Assembly (NCBI GenBank): GCA_027623675.1
Contig: JAQBVF010000006.1
Span: forward strand, 32,001-96,000
Length of the DNA stretch: 64,000 nt
Direction of reading: 5' to 3'
Origin: Chloroflexota bacterium
GTDB taxonomy: Bacteria; Chloroflexota; Dehalococcoidia; Lucifugimonadales; UBA3495
Positions 9,698-19,720 of the stretch are shown here, in pieces. The notes beneath the pieces were generated by a model that saw nothing but the letters and a program-made list of their open reading frames with translations, was not told the DNA's origin and searched no databases. The position numbers were made by a program, and so were the translations under genes. The number at the start of each line of letters is the position of its first letter. Within the stretch, counting starts at the first letter, position 1.

Positions 9698-10993
9698 TTA
9701 AGACAGGTTCCAGCGGGGATTCTGATCGGCCTGCTCTTTCAGGTAGTCGACGATCCAGTCCTTCACTCCGCCGGCGATGTAGAAGGTTGGTTTGACCAGT
9801 TCGCTCTCGTCGTTGATCAGCCCCTCCCTCTCGGCGGCAACCGCCACTTCCGTACCCGGCATCACGCTCACGCCGACCCGCAGGTTGGCCATGGCCGGGC
9901 TGATCCCGCGGAGGAAGTCCAGTTTCATATCGACAGACTCTCGGGTCTCCCCCGGTTCGCCGAATGTCTTGCCGATATTGTAGTGCAGGTCCCCGTCTTC
10001 GCACATCTTGCAAACGGCGGCCAGTTGTTCGTTCTCCTCAGCCATGCTTCCCATGTCGCCGGGGTTGCCGGCCCGGTTGACCATAATCACCAGACCGCAC
10101 CCAGCCTCCTTCATCATTCCGATGAGCTCGGGGTCGCAGTTGAAGGGCGCCAGACAGGTGTTCCAGCGGATGTCGACCTTCGACTCGATCAGCTCGCGGC
10201 ACAGCGATTTGGCGTGGTCCAGAGGAAGGTTGAACCCGTTGTCGACGAAGAACACCTTCTTCATGTCGAACCTTTCCTTCATCTCTTTGACCTCGGCCAC
10301 CACCTCGCTGATGGGCCGGATCACCCGCCAGCCGGACTCGTTTATCTGGGCCTGGGATGCGTTGGTGGGGTAGTAGAAACCGCCGAGCTTGGTCAGTATG
10401 CCGATCCCGAAGCCGGCTTTGTTATAGCGGGCCATGTCCAGGTCTTCCAGGCGGGGCGGCTTGGCGAACTCCGAGGTGCAGTAGCCTTCGTTCATCTGGG
10501 TCTGGCCGTTCTTCCTGTAGACCAGGCCGGGGAGGTCATGGTAATCGGGCTCACCGATCTCCAGCCGGTCGGCCAGGGCGGCAAAGGTCTCGCCGGCGTC
10601 CCCCGACAACCCCAGGTCGGCCCCCAGGAACTCGAAGCATTGGCTGGGCAGGATGCTGAACGCCGGGCCGCCGCAGACGATCACCGCATCGCTAACAGAC
10701 CTGATGCGGTCGATAACCTCTTTGCTGATGGGCAGGGCCCAGATGGTGTTCATGTAGCTGTGGTTGCTCAGGTTGCGGACGGACATGCCCACCATCTGAG
10801 GCTGGAATTCCTTGACCGTCGCTTCCACATCGGCCAGATGGTCCTCGGAAAACATCAGGTCCAGGACCTTCACCTCATGACGGTCGTGGTCTAGGTGCCC
10901 GGCGATGTATGCCAACCCTATCGGCATCGGCTGGGCGTTCATTCGGCTTTGCAGGCGGTCGTGGCGGTTGGTGGCGATCAGTAGGATCCGCAT
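9698..10993 (-). CDS. B12-binding/radical-SAM-fold protein lacking the CxxxCxxC motif
   Basis: N-terminal cobalamin-binding features (PIGLAYIA, VGMSVRN, VCGGPAFS) and rSAM-barrel features (FFVDNGFN, MKEAGC, GEPGET), but no Cys triad. Confidence 0.8.
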   Translation of the reverse strand: MRILLIATNRHDRLQSRMNAQPMPIGLAYIAGHLDHDRHEVKVLDLMFSEDHLADVEATVKEFQPQMVGMSVRNLSNHSYMNTIWALPISKEVIDRIRSVSDAVIVCGGPAFSILPSQCFEFLGADLGLSGDAGETFAALADRLEIGEPDYHDLPGLVYRKNGQTQMNEGYCTSEFAKPPRLEDLDMARYNKAGFGIGILTKLGGFYYPTNASQAQINESGWRVIRPISEVVAEVKEMKERFDMKKVFFVDNGFNLPLDHAKSLCRELIESKVDIRWNTCLAPFNCDPELIGMMKEAGCGLVIMVNRAGNPGDMGSMAEENEQLAAVCKMCEDGDLHYNIGKTFGEPGETRESVDMKLDFLRGISPAMANLRVGVSVMPGTEVAVAAEREGLINDESELVKPTFYIAGGVKDWIVDYLKEQADQNPRWNLS

Positions 10994-11289
10994 TCAATCC
11001 TCCGTGGATGGATGGACTAAGGACGATTTTGGGCTCATTATCCCCCACGGCCTGAAGAATTACAAAGGGCCAGGCCGTCCAGAAGCCCTTAATCACCTAC
11101 ATCAATCGTGCAGCGATTACAGGCCTGCGCCAGATCTGGCGTGATCTAATCGGAATCCTCTCTTTAGGGGGTAAGAGTCGGCGAAACCGGCGTGCTGTGC
11201 GCCAGTTATTATTGACAAACTACATCGATTCTATTACCGTCCCTGATAACAATATCCGGACGCATTTTACATAAATTGAGGGTGGCGTA

Positions 11290-12513
11290 ATGGTAGCGAC
11301 GATAAACGATGACATGTTCACCGCAGACGTTATTCAAGACCCCTACCGATATTATGGTCAGATTCGTGACGAAGACCCCGTTCACTGGAATGAACTCTAC
11401 GAACTATGGGTGATCACCCGTCACGACGACTTGGTCTGGCTGACGCGGAACCACGAGCAGTTCTCGAACGCCGTGTTTGTGAACGACCCGCGCCCCGCCT
11501 ATCCGGCCATCTACGAGTCGGACACCGAGCTATACGACTATGTGCGCGCCTATAACGGCAAGCAATTCATCCAATACGACCGGCCTGAGCATCTGGAGAT
11601 GCGGAAGGTCGTGCACACCTACTTCACCCCCAAGTCCATGGAAGAGTGGCGGCCGCTGGTAAGGTCCGCTATCGCCGATCTTCTGGACGCTGCTGAGGCC
11701 CGGGGCGGAGAGGTCGATCTGATGCATGACCTGGCAGTGCCGCTGCCCGTCCTCGTGATCGCCGAGATGATGGGAGTGCCCGAATCCGAGCGTCCTCACA
11801 TCAGGATGTTGGCCGAGAAATTGCTGAACATCGGCCGGGGCGAACCAGACCGCATGCGTCCCCTAACCGAAGGCATGCAGGGCATGTTGGACTACGTTAA
11901 CCCCATGGTTGACGAGCGTATCGTGAACCCCAAGGACGACTTCATTTCGGTGCTGGCCAGCGGCGAAAAGTCCGGCGTCTTCACCCGCGAACAGGTGCTG
12001 GTCAACACGTCGTTGCTGCTCCTGGCCGGTCACGAGACCACCATCAACCTGATCTGCAACGGCACACTGGCCTTCATGAACAACCGCGACCAGTGGGACC
12101 TGCTGAAGGGCGACACCGAAGCCATGATGGTCCGGGCCACCGAAGAGGCCCTACGGTATGACTCGCCGGTGAAGTCCATCCAGCGTTTGGCCGTTGAAGA
12201 CGTTGAGATGCGTGGCAAGCGGATCAAGAAAGACGACCGCATCCGCTGGTTCATGTCCTCGGCCAACCGCGACCCAAACAAGTTCGAGAACCCAGACACC
12301 ATGGACATCACCCGCTGGCCCAACCCCCATGTGGCCTTCGGTTCCGGTGTCCACCATTGCCTGGGCGCGACCATCGCCAGGGTGGAAGGCCAAGAGGTCT
12401 TCAAGGCGCTGGCCGACCGGTATCCCAACCTGGAGCTGAAGACCAACCAGATGGAGTACCAGCCAAGCATCACTTTCCGCTCCATAAAGAGCCTGCCGGT
12501 CTCCCTTAACTAA
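11290..12513 (+). CDS. Cytochrome P450
   Basis: LLAGHETT, EALRYDSPV, heme motif FGSGVHHCLG. Confidence 0.97.
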   Translation: MVATINDDMFTADVIQDPYRYYGQIRDEDPVHWNELYELWVITRHDDLVWLTRNHEQFSNAVFVNDPRPAYPAIYESDTELYDYVRAYNGKQFIQYDRPEHLEMRKVVHTYFTPKSMEEWRPLVRSAIADLLDAAEARGGEVDLMHDLAVPLPVLVIAEMMGVPESERPHIRMLAEKLLNIGRGEPDRMRPLTEGMQGMLDYVNPMVDERIVNPKDDFISVLASGEKSGVFTREQVLVNTSLLLLAGHETTINLICNGTLAFMNNRDQWDLLKGDTEAMMVRATEEALRYDSPVKSIQRLAVEDVEMRGKRIKKDDRIRWFMSSANRDPNKFENPDTMDITRWPNPHVAFGSGVHHCLGATIARVEGQEVFKALADRYPNLELKTNQMEYQPSITFRSIKSLPVSLN

Positions 12514-12593
12514 CTGGCAGGTAATTAACGGACAGACAATCTTGGGCGGGTATCGCCCATAGCTCAGAGCGCAAGAACCGGCTCGCGGTGACA

Positions 12594-12622
12594 TTGACAC
12601 CTCGAGCCGGTTTTCATATTGT
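12594..12622 (+). promoter_or_regulatory. sigma70-type promoter of the putative 6S RNA
   Basis: TTGACA(12594)-17 nt-TATTGT(12617). Confidence 0.7.
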
Positions 12623-12628
12623 GGTATC

Positions 12629-12787
12629 GTCTTGGGTATGGCGACACTCGATTGATCGAGATGACGGGTTGAGGACGGGTCGGATGTCTGGGAAGTCTGT
12701 CACAGACCACGAAACGGCGCCCACCGGGAGCTACCTTAATCCTGCGCGCACCCTTCGCGGCGGGGCTATTTTTTTGGCGCCCCAGAC
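12629..12787 (+). ncRNA. ssrS: Putative 6S RNA
   Basis: About 160 nt. The 5' gtcttggg pairs with the 3' ccccagac, the inner stem gggttgagg/ccttaatcc forms a rod, it carries a ggcgcccacc motif like Bacillus 6S-1 ggcacccacc, and it has its own promoter. Confidence 0.6.
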
Positions 12788-12832
12788 ATGACCGCATCCT
12801 CGCGTGTATCCCATGGTGACTCTGGCGGGCTT

Positions 12833-13411
12833 ATGGCGCGAAGGGTTGGGGAAGTGGTTGAATCCACCTCCACGTCGTTCCTGTCCCAGTGCTACCGCTT
12901 GGAGGGCGCCCCGGCGCTTGGCGGCCTGGTCCGCACCGATTCTCCCGACATCTACGGCGTGGTCGGCCGCGTCACCACCGAGCCGCTGGATTCAGCCAGG
13001 CCGGTATTGGCTCGAGGCGAAGACGCCGAATCCGAAGAGGATGTCATTCGCGACAACCCCCAGCTGGCCCGACTGCTCACCTCCAGGTTCGAGGTCTTCA
13101 TCGCCGGGCATATGGAACAGGGCAGCATTCGCCAGTACCTTCCGCCCAGGCCGCCCCGGGTCCACTCATTCGTCTACGACTGCAGCCCGGATGAGATATC
13201 CCTGTTCACCGCCCGGCTTGACCTGTTGCGGCTGCTCCTCAACTCAGGTGCGCCCCACGCCGATGAGATAGCCGGCGCCTGCATCAGGCAGGCCGCCCCG
13301 TCCCATAGGCAGCCGGATGAATTCCTTGCGCACGCCTGCCGCACCTTGGCGGTGGAGCTGTCTGCCGACGTGGCCCGCCTGAACGCCATCCTACGGAGAA
13401 TCGCTCCGTGA
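12833..13411 (+). CDS. HAS-barrel-domain protein (HerA-associated)
   Basis: VGEVVES...PALGGLV...RQYLPPRPPRVHSFVY, directly upstream of herA. Start moved to ATG 12833 because ATG 12788 abuts the RNA. Confidence 0.75.
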   Translation: MARRVGEVVESTSTSFLSQCYRLEGAPALGGLVRTDSPDIYGVVGRVTTEPLDSARPVLARGEDAESEEDVIRDNPQLARLLTSRFEVFIAGHMEQGSIRQYLPPRPPRVHSFVYDCSPDEISLFTARLDLLRLLLNSGAPHADEIAGACIRQAAPSHRQPDEFLAHACRTLAVELSADVARLNAILRRIAP

Positions 13412-15093
13412 CCCAAGCCTACGAGCCAGATGGGAAGTCCAACGGCCTGACCGATGGCCTGGACCACGGGCGTTTGGCTTCCGTGGAAGGCCAGCGATTG
13501 GGCATGGTCATCGAGGGATCGGTGGGTAACGGTGTTGAGGTCCGCTTGGAGCCCGGCGTGTCCGTTGAGCAGGTGAAGGTCGGCACCTTTGTGACCATCC
13601 AGGGCAGCAACAACCGATTTTTCGGAGTCGTCACGGATGTTGGCCTGGGCAGCACCGACCCGCGCCTGAGATTCACTCCGCTCCCGGCCGACAACCCATT
13701 CGTCATCCAGGCGCTACAGGGCACGGTCGCCTTTGGCACCGTGTCGGTGCTGCCCCAACTGACCATGCCGGAGGTCCTGGGCGGTGGCCAAGGCCCGGTG
13801 GCCGCCAAGAGCATCCCGGCCCATTTCTCCCAGGCGTTCACCGCCTCGCAGAACGACGTGGAGATGGTATTTGGCAGCGAGGCCGACGGCAACTTCTGGA
13901 TCGGCAGTCCCTTGGACATGGAAACGAAATTGTGCCTGGACCTGGGAGAACTGGTCAAACGCTCGGTGGGGGTCTTTGGCAAGAGCGGCACCGGCAAGAC
14001 GTTTCTGACCCGCCTGCTGCTGGCCGGAATCGTCCAGAATGGCGAAGCCGCGTCGCTGATCTTCGACATGCACAGCGAATACGGCTGGCAGGGGCAGGAC
14101 GCGGACAAGGGGATATCCGTCAAGGGCCTGAAACAGCTCTTCGGCGCCAAGGTGTCTACCTTCACCCTGGATGATGAGCACTCCCGCCGCCGGGGAGTCT
14201 CGGCTGACGAGACCGTGCAATTGGGGTTCAATCACATCGAGCCGCAGGACATCGAGCTGCTTCGGGAGTCGCTGAACCTGTCCGAGGTGGCCGCTTCAGC
14301 CGCCTTCAACCTGCATGAGAAATTTGGCGAGGAGAAATGGGTAAAAAGTTTCTTGGACGCCGGGAGGGACGGCTCGCTGTTGGACCTGGCTGAGGAATTG
14401 CAGGTCAACGCCGGGGCGCTTCGGGCGCTCTACAACCGGCTGGGCCGGTTCACCCGCCACGGATTCATGGTCGAGCACAGCCGCACCGACACCGCCGCCC
14501 GGATCATCGAACACCTGGAGCGGGGCCAGCATGTGGTGCTGGAGTTTGGCCGCTACGGCGACGACGAAGCGGCCTACATACTGGTCAGCAACCTGCTCAC
14601 CCGCCGCATACACCGCAAGTATGTCGAGGCCAAAGAGTCGGCCATGGGCGGCGCCGGCAAGGAGCCACGGCCGTTGGTCATCGTCATCGAGGAAGCTCAC
14701 AAATTTCTGAACAGCAGCGTGGCCTCCCAGACCATCTTCGGCATCATCGCCAGGGAGCTTAGAAAGTACAACGTCACGCTGATGGTGATCGACCAGCGGC
14801 CCAGCGGCATCGAATCCGAGGTGCTGAGCCAGGTGGGCACCCGGTTCAGTTGCCTGCTGGACAACGACCGGGACATAGATGCCGTACTGTCGGGGACGCC
14901 GGGCAGCCGCCAACTGCGCACCGTGCTGTCGCGATTGGAGGCCAAGCAGCAGGCCCTGGTGTTCGGCCACGCCCTGCCTCTGCCGGTGGTTGTGCGCACC
15001 CGCGACTATGGGGCCAGTTTCTACGAAACGGTGCGGGGCGGCGGCGACTCCCCCGAGGAACAAAAGCGCAAAGTGGACGAGCTATTCGGGTGA
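13408..15093 (+). CDS. HerA-like ATPase (HAS barrel + DUF87)
   Basis: Walker A GKSGTGKT, FDMHSEYG, Walker B IVIEEAH, ARELRKY, DQRPS. Confidence 0.9.
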   Translation: MTQAYEPDGKSNGLTDGLDHGRLASVEGQRLGMVIEGSVGNGVEVRLEPGVSVEQVKVGTFVTIQGSNNRFFGVVTDVGLGSTDPRLRFTPLPADNPFVIQALQGTVAFGTVSVLPQLTMPEVLGGGQGPVAAKSIPAHFSQAFTASQNDVEMVFGSEADGNFWIGSPLDMETKLCLDLGELVKRSVGVFGKSGTGKTFLTRLLLAGIVQNGEAASLIFDMHSEYGWQGQDADKGISVKGLKQLFGAKVSTFTLDDEHSRRRGVSADETVQLGFNHIEPQDIELLRESLNLSEVAASAAFNLHEKFGEEKWVKSFLDAGRDGSLLDLAEELQVNAGALRALYNRLGRFTRHGFMVEHSRTDTAARIIEHLERGQHVVLEFGRYGDDEAAYILVSNLLTRRIHRKYVEAKESAMGGAGKEPRPLVIVIEEAHKFLNSSVASQTIFGIIARELRKYNVTLMVIDQRPSGIESEVLSQVGTRFSCLLDNDRDIDAVLSGTPGSRQLRTVLSRLEAKQQALVFGHALPLPVVVRTRDYGASFYETVRGGGDSPEEQKRKVDELFG

Positions 15094-15296
15094 CGGCTCG
15101 CGCCCGATTCTGAGCATCATCGCCCACACCCTTCATGGTGTTTTCAGGCAGATACCAAGCACCACCACCCAATATCAGCCACCCTGGCTCCGCTCATGGT
15201 GAGCCGGTCGAACCACCGCTTGCCTCAAGCCAAGTTACATGATTTTCGACGACCCTCCGCGGCAAGAGAGGTCGAGCGGTTTATACCGAATGACGC

Positions 15297-16319
15297 CTAC
15301 TGACCCACCCGGTACACCCTTTCGGCGGTGCCTTGGAACATGGCGGCCCGCTCTGAGGCCGAATAGCCTTTGGACAGGCGTTTGAAGGCGTTGTACAGCA
15401 CGTTGTAGGAATGGCCCACCTTGTCGGGCGGGAAGTTGCTCTCAAACATGCCCCGTTCCGGTCCGAACTGCTCGATGGCATAGTTCATGTACGGCGCCAT
15501 GGTCTCGGCCAACTCCTCGGAGCCGATGGGCTTGTTCCTGGCGTACCAGTCATAACCGGTCCGAGGCTGGCCGATCCCGCCAAGTTTTACGACTACGTTG
15601 GGGCACTTGGCCACGGCGGCCAGGCCCTCCCGCCAAGCGCCCAGCACTTCGTCGTCGCGGTTGGCGTAAGGGCCGGTGCGCAACACTCCCCCGATGTGGT
15701 TGAGGATGATGGTCAGATCGGGGATCGCCCGGGCAAATTCGACCAACTCCGGCAACTGGTGAAAATACAGCCAGGCGTCGAAGGTCAGTCCCATGCGGGC
15801 CAGCACCCTGGCGCCGTTCCTGAAAGTCTCGTTGGAGAGTTGACCTTCCAGGTCCCAGCGGTTGCCGGGGATGTCGGGATGGGGGTCCCAGGTGAGGGTG
15901 TGGCGGATGCCGCGGAACCGGTTGGGACTGGCCGCAACCAGAGCTTCCAGCACCGGCGCGACCCGGTCTCCCAGGTTGAGGTTGGCGTGGCCCACGATGG
16001 CCGCGGCGGCTCTGGCCTCGCCATACACGCCGGTGGCGGCGGCGGCGGCCATGCCCTGGACGAACTCCACTTCGCCGACCGGTTTCATCTCTTCCGGCCC
16101 GTCGGCGCGGTACATGGCGTTGGTCTCGACAAACACCGTGGAGCGCACGTTGTGTCCGCTGTTCAGGTCGGCGTACAACTCATGGAGCAGGTATCTTTGA
16201 TACGGGACCCGCGCGGGCCGCATATCCCACAGGTGATGGTGGGGATCGCAGATGGGAAGCCCCGGCTCCAAGGCAGGCTCCTGAGTCAACGCGAGCCAGT
16301 CGTTACCCCCGAACGGCAT
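15297..16319 (-). CDS. Amidohydrolase family protein
   Basis: ICDPHHHLWD, ILNHIG, MFESNFPPD; GGAGG RBS before ATG 16319. Confidence 0.9.
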   Translation of the reverse strand: MPFGGNDWLALTQEPALEPGLPICDPHHHLWDMRPARVPYQRYLLHELYADLNSGHNVRSTVFVETNAMYRADGPEEMKPVGEVEFVQGMAAAAATGVYGEARAAAAIVGHANLNLGDRVAPVLEALVAASPNRFRGIRHTLTWDPHPDIPGNRWDLEGQLSNETFRNGARVLARMGLTFDAWLYFHQLPELVEFARAIPDLTIILNHIGGVLRTGPYANRDDEVLGAWREGLAAVAKCPNVVVKLGGIGQPRTGYDWYARNKPIGSEELAETMAPYMNYAIEQFGPERGMFESNFPPDKVGHSYNVLYNAFKRLSKGYSASERAAMFQGTAERVYRVGQ

Positions 16320-16468
16320 GATGGTGCCTCCACAGCTAATATTGGGCGGCACGATGATACCATAAGCCACGCATCTAGAGGGTCCGAACGGCGTTCCGGA
16401 TGGCGCGGCAACAGGAACCCATTTGGCTGCCGTTGTGCCACCCGGCGATGATTGCCGGAGGTGAGCCC

Positions 16469-17677
16469 TTAGTCGCCCTTGTAGCCGCGGTTGCTCTGCT
16501 GCTTCTCCATGTAGTTGCGGATCATTAGGGCCGCCGCGGCGCCCTCGCCGACCGCGCTCGCCACCTGCTTAGTGCTGCCGGCCCGGGCGTCTCCGGCGGC
16601 GAACACCCCCTCCATGCTGGTCTCCATGGTGGGGCCGGTGGTGATGAATCCGAATTTGTCGGTTTCGACCGCGTCCTCAACAAACTTAGTATTGGGGTCC
16701 AGGCCGATAAAGATGAACGCGGCGGCTGGGAATAGCTCCTCCACCTTATCGGTGGTCCGGTCCAAGACCATGACCGATTCCAGATGCCCGGATCCTTTGA
16801 ATTCTTGAACGGCGCTGCTGACCCGAATCTCCATATTTGGATGGGCCTCGGCTTTCTCCCGCAGCAGCTGGCTAGCACCCAAGCGGTCCATGAACTCCAG
16901 AACGGTCACCTTGCTGGCGAACTTGGTCAGGAACAGGCCCTCCTCTACGCCGCTGTTGCCGCCGCCCACCACCACAACCTCTTTGTCCTTGTAGAACGGG
17001 CCGTCGCAGGTGGCGCAGAAGTGGATGCCAGCTCCGATCAGGTCGTCTTCACCTGGGACGTTCAACCGCCGGTAGTTGGTGCCGGGCGCCAGCAGGATGG
17101 CGTTGGCGCAATACTCGTCCCCCGACTCGGTGGTGATCATCTTGTGATCGCCGTCGGCCTGGATCTTGGTCACGGTCTGGGCCGGCAGGATCTCCACTCC
17201 GAACCGCTCGGCATGGGCCCGCATCTGGTCGGCCAGCTCTCCGCCGCCGATGCCCTCTACGAATCCGGGGTAGTTGTCGATGCGCTCGGTAACGCCGGCC
17301 TGACCGCCGATGCCGCCCTTCTCGATAATCAGGGTTTCGATGCCTTCCCGGGCGGCGTAGAGGGCGGTGGTGAGTCCGGCGGGCCCGCTGCCGACGATGA
17401 CCAGGTCGTAGTAGGACCGCTCGGCTTTAGGGCTGATCCCAAGTTTGGCGGCCAACTCGGCATTGGACGGCTCCACCAGTATGGAACCGTCTTCAAAGAC
17501 GATGGTGGGGATGATCTGCTTGCCATCGTTCAGCTCCTGCACCTGCTGGCGCCCCGCTTCGTCGGCGTCGATATCGACCCAGTTGTACCGGACGCGCTGT
17601 TCTCCCAGAAATTGCTTTGACTGCTTACAGTCGGGGCACCAGGGCGCGCCGTAAACCGTGATCTTGGGTTCTTCCAT
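16469..17677 (-). CDS. Glutaredoxin-like domain fused to thioredoxin reductase
   Basis: N-terminal WCPDC domain, then GSGPAG, CATCDG, GGGNSG, FAAGD. Confidence 0.92.
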   Translation of the reverse strand: MEEPKITVYGAPWCPDCKQSKQFLGEQRVRYNWVDIDADEAGRQQVQELNDGKQIIPTIVFEDGSILVEPSNAELAAKLGISPKAERSYYDLVIVGSGPAGLTTALYAAREGIETLIIEKGGIGGQAGVTERIDNYPGFVEGIGGGELADQMRAHAERFGVEILPAQTVTKIQADGDHKMITTESGDEYCANAILLAPGTNYRRLNVPGEDDLIGAGIHFCATCDGPFYKDKEVVVVGGGNSGVEEGLFLTKFASKVTVLEFMDRLGASQLLREKAEAHPNMEIRVSSAVQEFKGSGHLESVMVLDRTTDKVEELFPAAAFIFIGLDPNTKFVEDAVETDKFGFITTGPTMETSMEGVFAAGDARAGSTKQVASAVGEGAAAALMIRNYMEKQQSNRGYKGD

Positions 17678-17785
17678 GAGTCCTCCATGTCGCCAACTTT
17701 GAAACGGCTTCCGTTGGTGTTGCTCCTAAAATAGGATGCGGCAGGGTTGAAAATGGGTTCCAGACGGATGGGCCAAAAAGCGGGG

Positions 17786-19720
17786 TCAGGCCGAAAGGTT
17801 CATGATATCTACCGTGCCGATGGGCCCGGCAACCTCAAATCCAAACACCTTGGAATAGAAGTACAACTCGGCTTCCAGGGCCCGTTTGATGTTCTCCGCG
17901 CGGCGGAACCCGTGCTGCTCGCCCTCAAATGGGATATACGCCGTGGGGATGCCCTTGGCGCGGACGGCGTCGAACATCATCGTGGCCTGGTTGGGTGGCA
18001 CGATCTGGTCTTCCAGGCCCTGAAACAGGATCAAGGGGCAGGACAGCATCTGGGTGTGGTTGATGGGGGAGCGCTCTTGGTACAGCGCCTGACCCTCCGG
18101 GTAGGGGCCGACCAGGTTGTCCAGGTAGCGCGATTCGAACTTGTGGGTTTCCTTGGCCAGGGCTTCCAGGTCGCTGACACCGTAGTAGCTGGCGCCGGCC
18201 TTGAAGACATCTTTGAAGGTTAGGGCCGCCAGTGTGGTGTAGCCGCCGGCGCTTCCTCCGTCGATGGCCAAGCGGTCCGGGTCAGCGTCGCCACGGGCCA
18301 CCAGATGCAGGGCGGCGTTGCAGCAATCGTCAACATCCACCACTCCCCAGGTCCCGTTCAGCCGCTCCCGGTATTCCCGGCCATACCCAGTGCTGCCGCC
18401 GTAATTCACGTCCAGCACCCCGATGCCACGGCTGGTCCAGTACTGGATGCTCAGGTCCAGGGCGGTGGAGGCTGAGCCGGTGGGGCCGCCATGGCTCTTG
18501 ACCAGCAGTGGGGGCCTCTCATCGGGAGGCGCTTGGAAGTCCTGATTTTTGGGCGCGTAGTAGAGGGCGTGGGCCGTCTTGCCGTCCGTGGTGGGAAACT
18601 CCACCGGCTGAGCGGCCGACAGATAGCCGGGGTCGATCTCCAAGCTGTGGGATTTCCTGAGTTCTTCCCACTTGGCGCTGCCCATCTCCATGGACACCAA
18701 GGTCATGGGCGCGGTGGGAGAGCCGGCCAGGAATATCAGGTTGCCGTCCCCCGCCTTGATCTCGCCGCGGCCCATCTCGGAGAAGGGGGAGTCAACCGGG
18801 AACAGATTGCGGGACTTGATATCCAGCATGGCGATCTTCCAGGCGCCGTCCTCCACGTAGCTGCAGGCGATCAGGTCGGCCGAGGCGAATGAGTAGGTAC
18901 CCGAACCAAACACCCATTGGGGCTTGCCGAATTCGGCTTCCCGGTTGGTCAACTGGCTGGGTTGCCCGTTCTCCAAGCGCCACAGGTTCCACCAGCCGCT
19001 GCGGTCAGAGACGTAATGCAGAACGCCGTCGGGGGACCATTCGGGCTGGAAGATGGACTCGGTCTCGCCTCCGGCCACTACCTGGGGCTCGCCCAGTAGA
19101 CCCTGGTCATCGAACGAGGCCACCAGCAGCGAGGTGCCGTCCCAGGGCATGTTTGGGTGGTCCCAGGACAGCCAGGACAGAGTGGAACCGTCGGGGCTGA
19201 GGCGCGGGTTGGAGCAGAAATCGGAGCCCTGGTACAGAACCAGTTGCCGGGCGTGTCCCTGGGCGTCCAAGGAGACGATGGCGTTGACCGGCTCTCCAAC
19301 CGAAGTGTGGTCCTCTCGGACGCAGACGATCCGTTTGCGTGCCGGGTCGAAGCAGCCGTCGGCGTACCGCATGTCTGCTTCTGGAGTCATGGGTTCCGGC
19401 GCTCCTCCCTCCTCCTGCCGGTACATGCGCTGGTCGGAGAAGTTGGAGAAGTAGACGACCCCGTCTTGGACCAGAAATGCGCCGCCGCCGTACTCGTGCA
19501 CCCTGGTGCGGGCGCTGAACGGCTCGGGTGTGATGTCCACGGTCTCGCCATCGGGAGTCCGCTTCACGATCACCATGCGGCCACCTTCCGAGGGGCGCAT
19601 CTCCACCCAGTAGATGTCCTCGCCGTCCAGGGCTATCTGCCCAAGGCCGATGGACCCGGCCACGATCAGGTCGGTGGTGATGGGCGACTGCCAAGAGCCG
19701 TAAGGGGCGGTGATTGGCAT
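17786..19720 (-). CDS. S9 family (acylaminoacyl/dipeptidyl) peptidase
   Basis: APYGSW N-terminus, HGGPT, GGSAGGY nucleophile, GEQHGFR. Confidence 0.93.
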   Translation of the reverse strand: MPITAPYGSWQSPITTDLIVAGSIGLGQIALDGEDIYWVEMRPSEGGRMVIVKRTPDGETVDITPEPFSARTRVHEYGGGAFLVQDGVVYFSNFSDQRMYRQEEGGAPEPMTPEADMRYADGCFDPARKRIVCVREDHTSVGEPVNAIVSLDAQGHARQLVLYQGSDFCSNPRLSPDGSTLSWLSWDHPNMPWDGTSLLVASFDDQGLLGEPQVVAGGETESIFQPEWSPDGVLHYVSDRSGWWNLWRLENGQPSQLTNREAEFGKPQWVFGSGTYSFASADLIACSYVEDGAWKIAMLDIKSRNLFPVDSPFSEMGRGEIKAGDGNLIFLAGSPTAPMTLVSMEMGSAKWEELRKSHSLEIDPGYLSAAQPVEFPTTDGKTAHALYYAPKNQDFQAPPDERPPLLVKSHGGPTGSASTALDLSIQYWTSRGIGVLDVNYGGSTGYGREYRERLNGTWGVVDVDDCCNAALHLVARGDADPDRLAIDGGSAGGYTTLAALTFKDVFKAGASYYGVSDLEALAKETHKFESRYLDNLVGPYPEGQALYQERSPINHTQMLSCPLILFQGLEDQIVPPNQATMMFDAVRAKGIPTAYIPFEGEQHGFRRAENIKRALEAELYFYSKVFGFEVAGPIGTVDIMNLSA

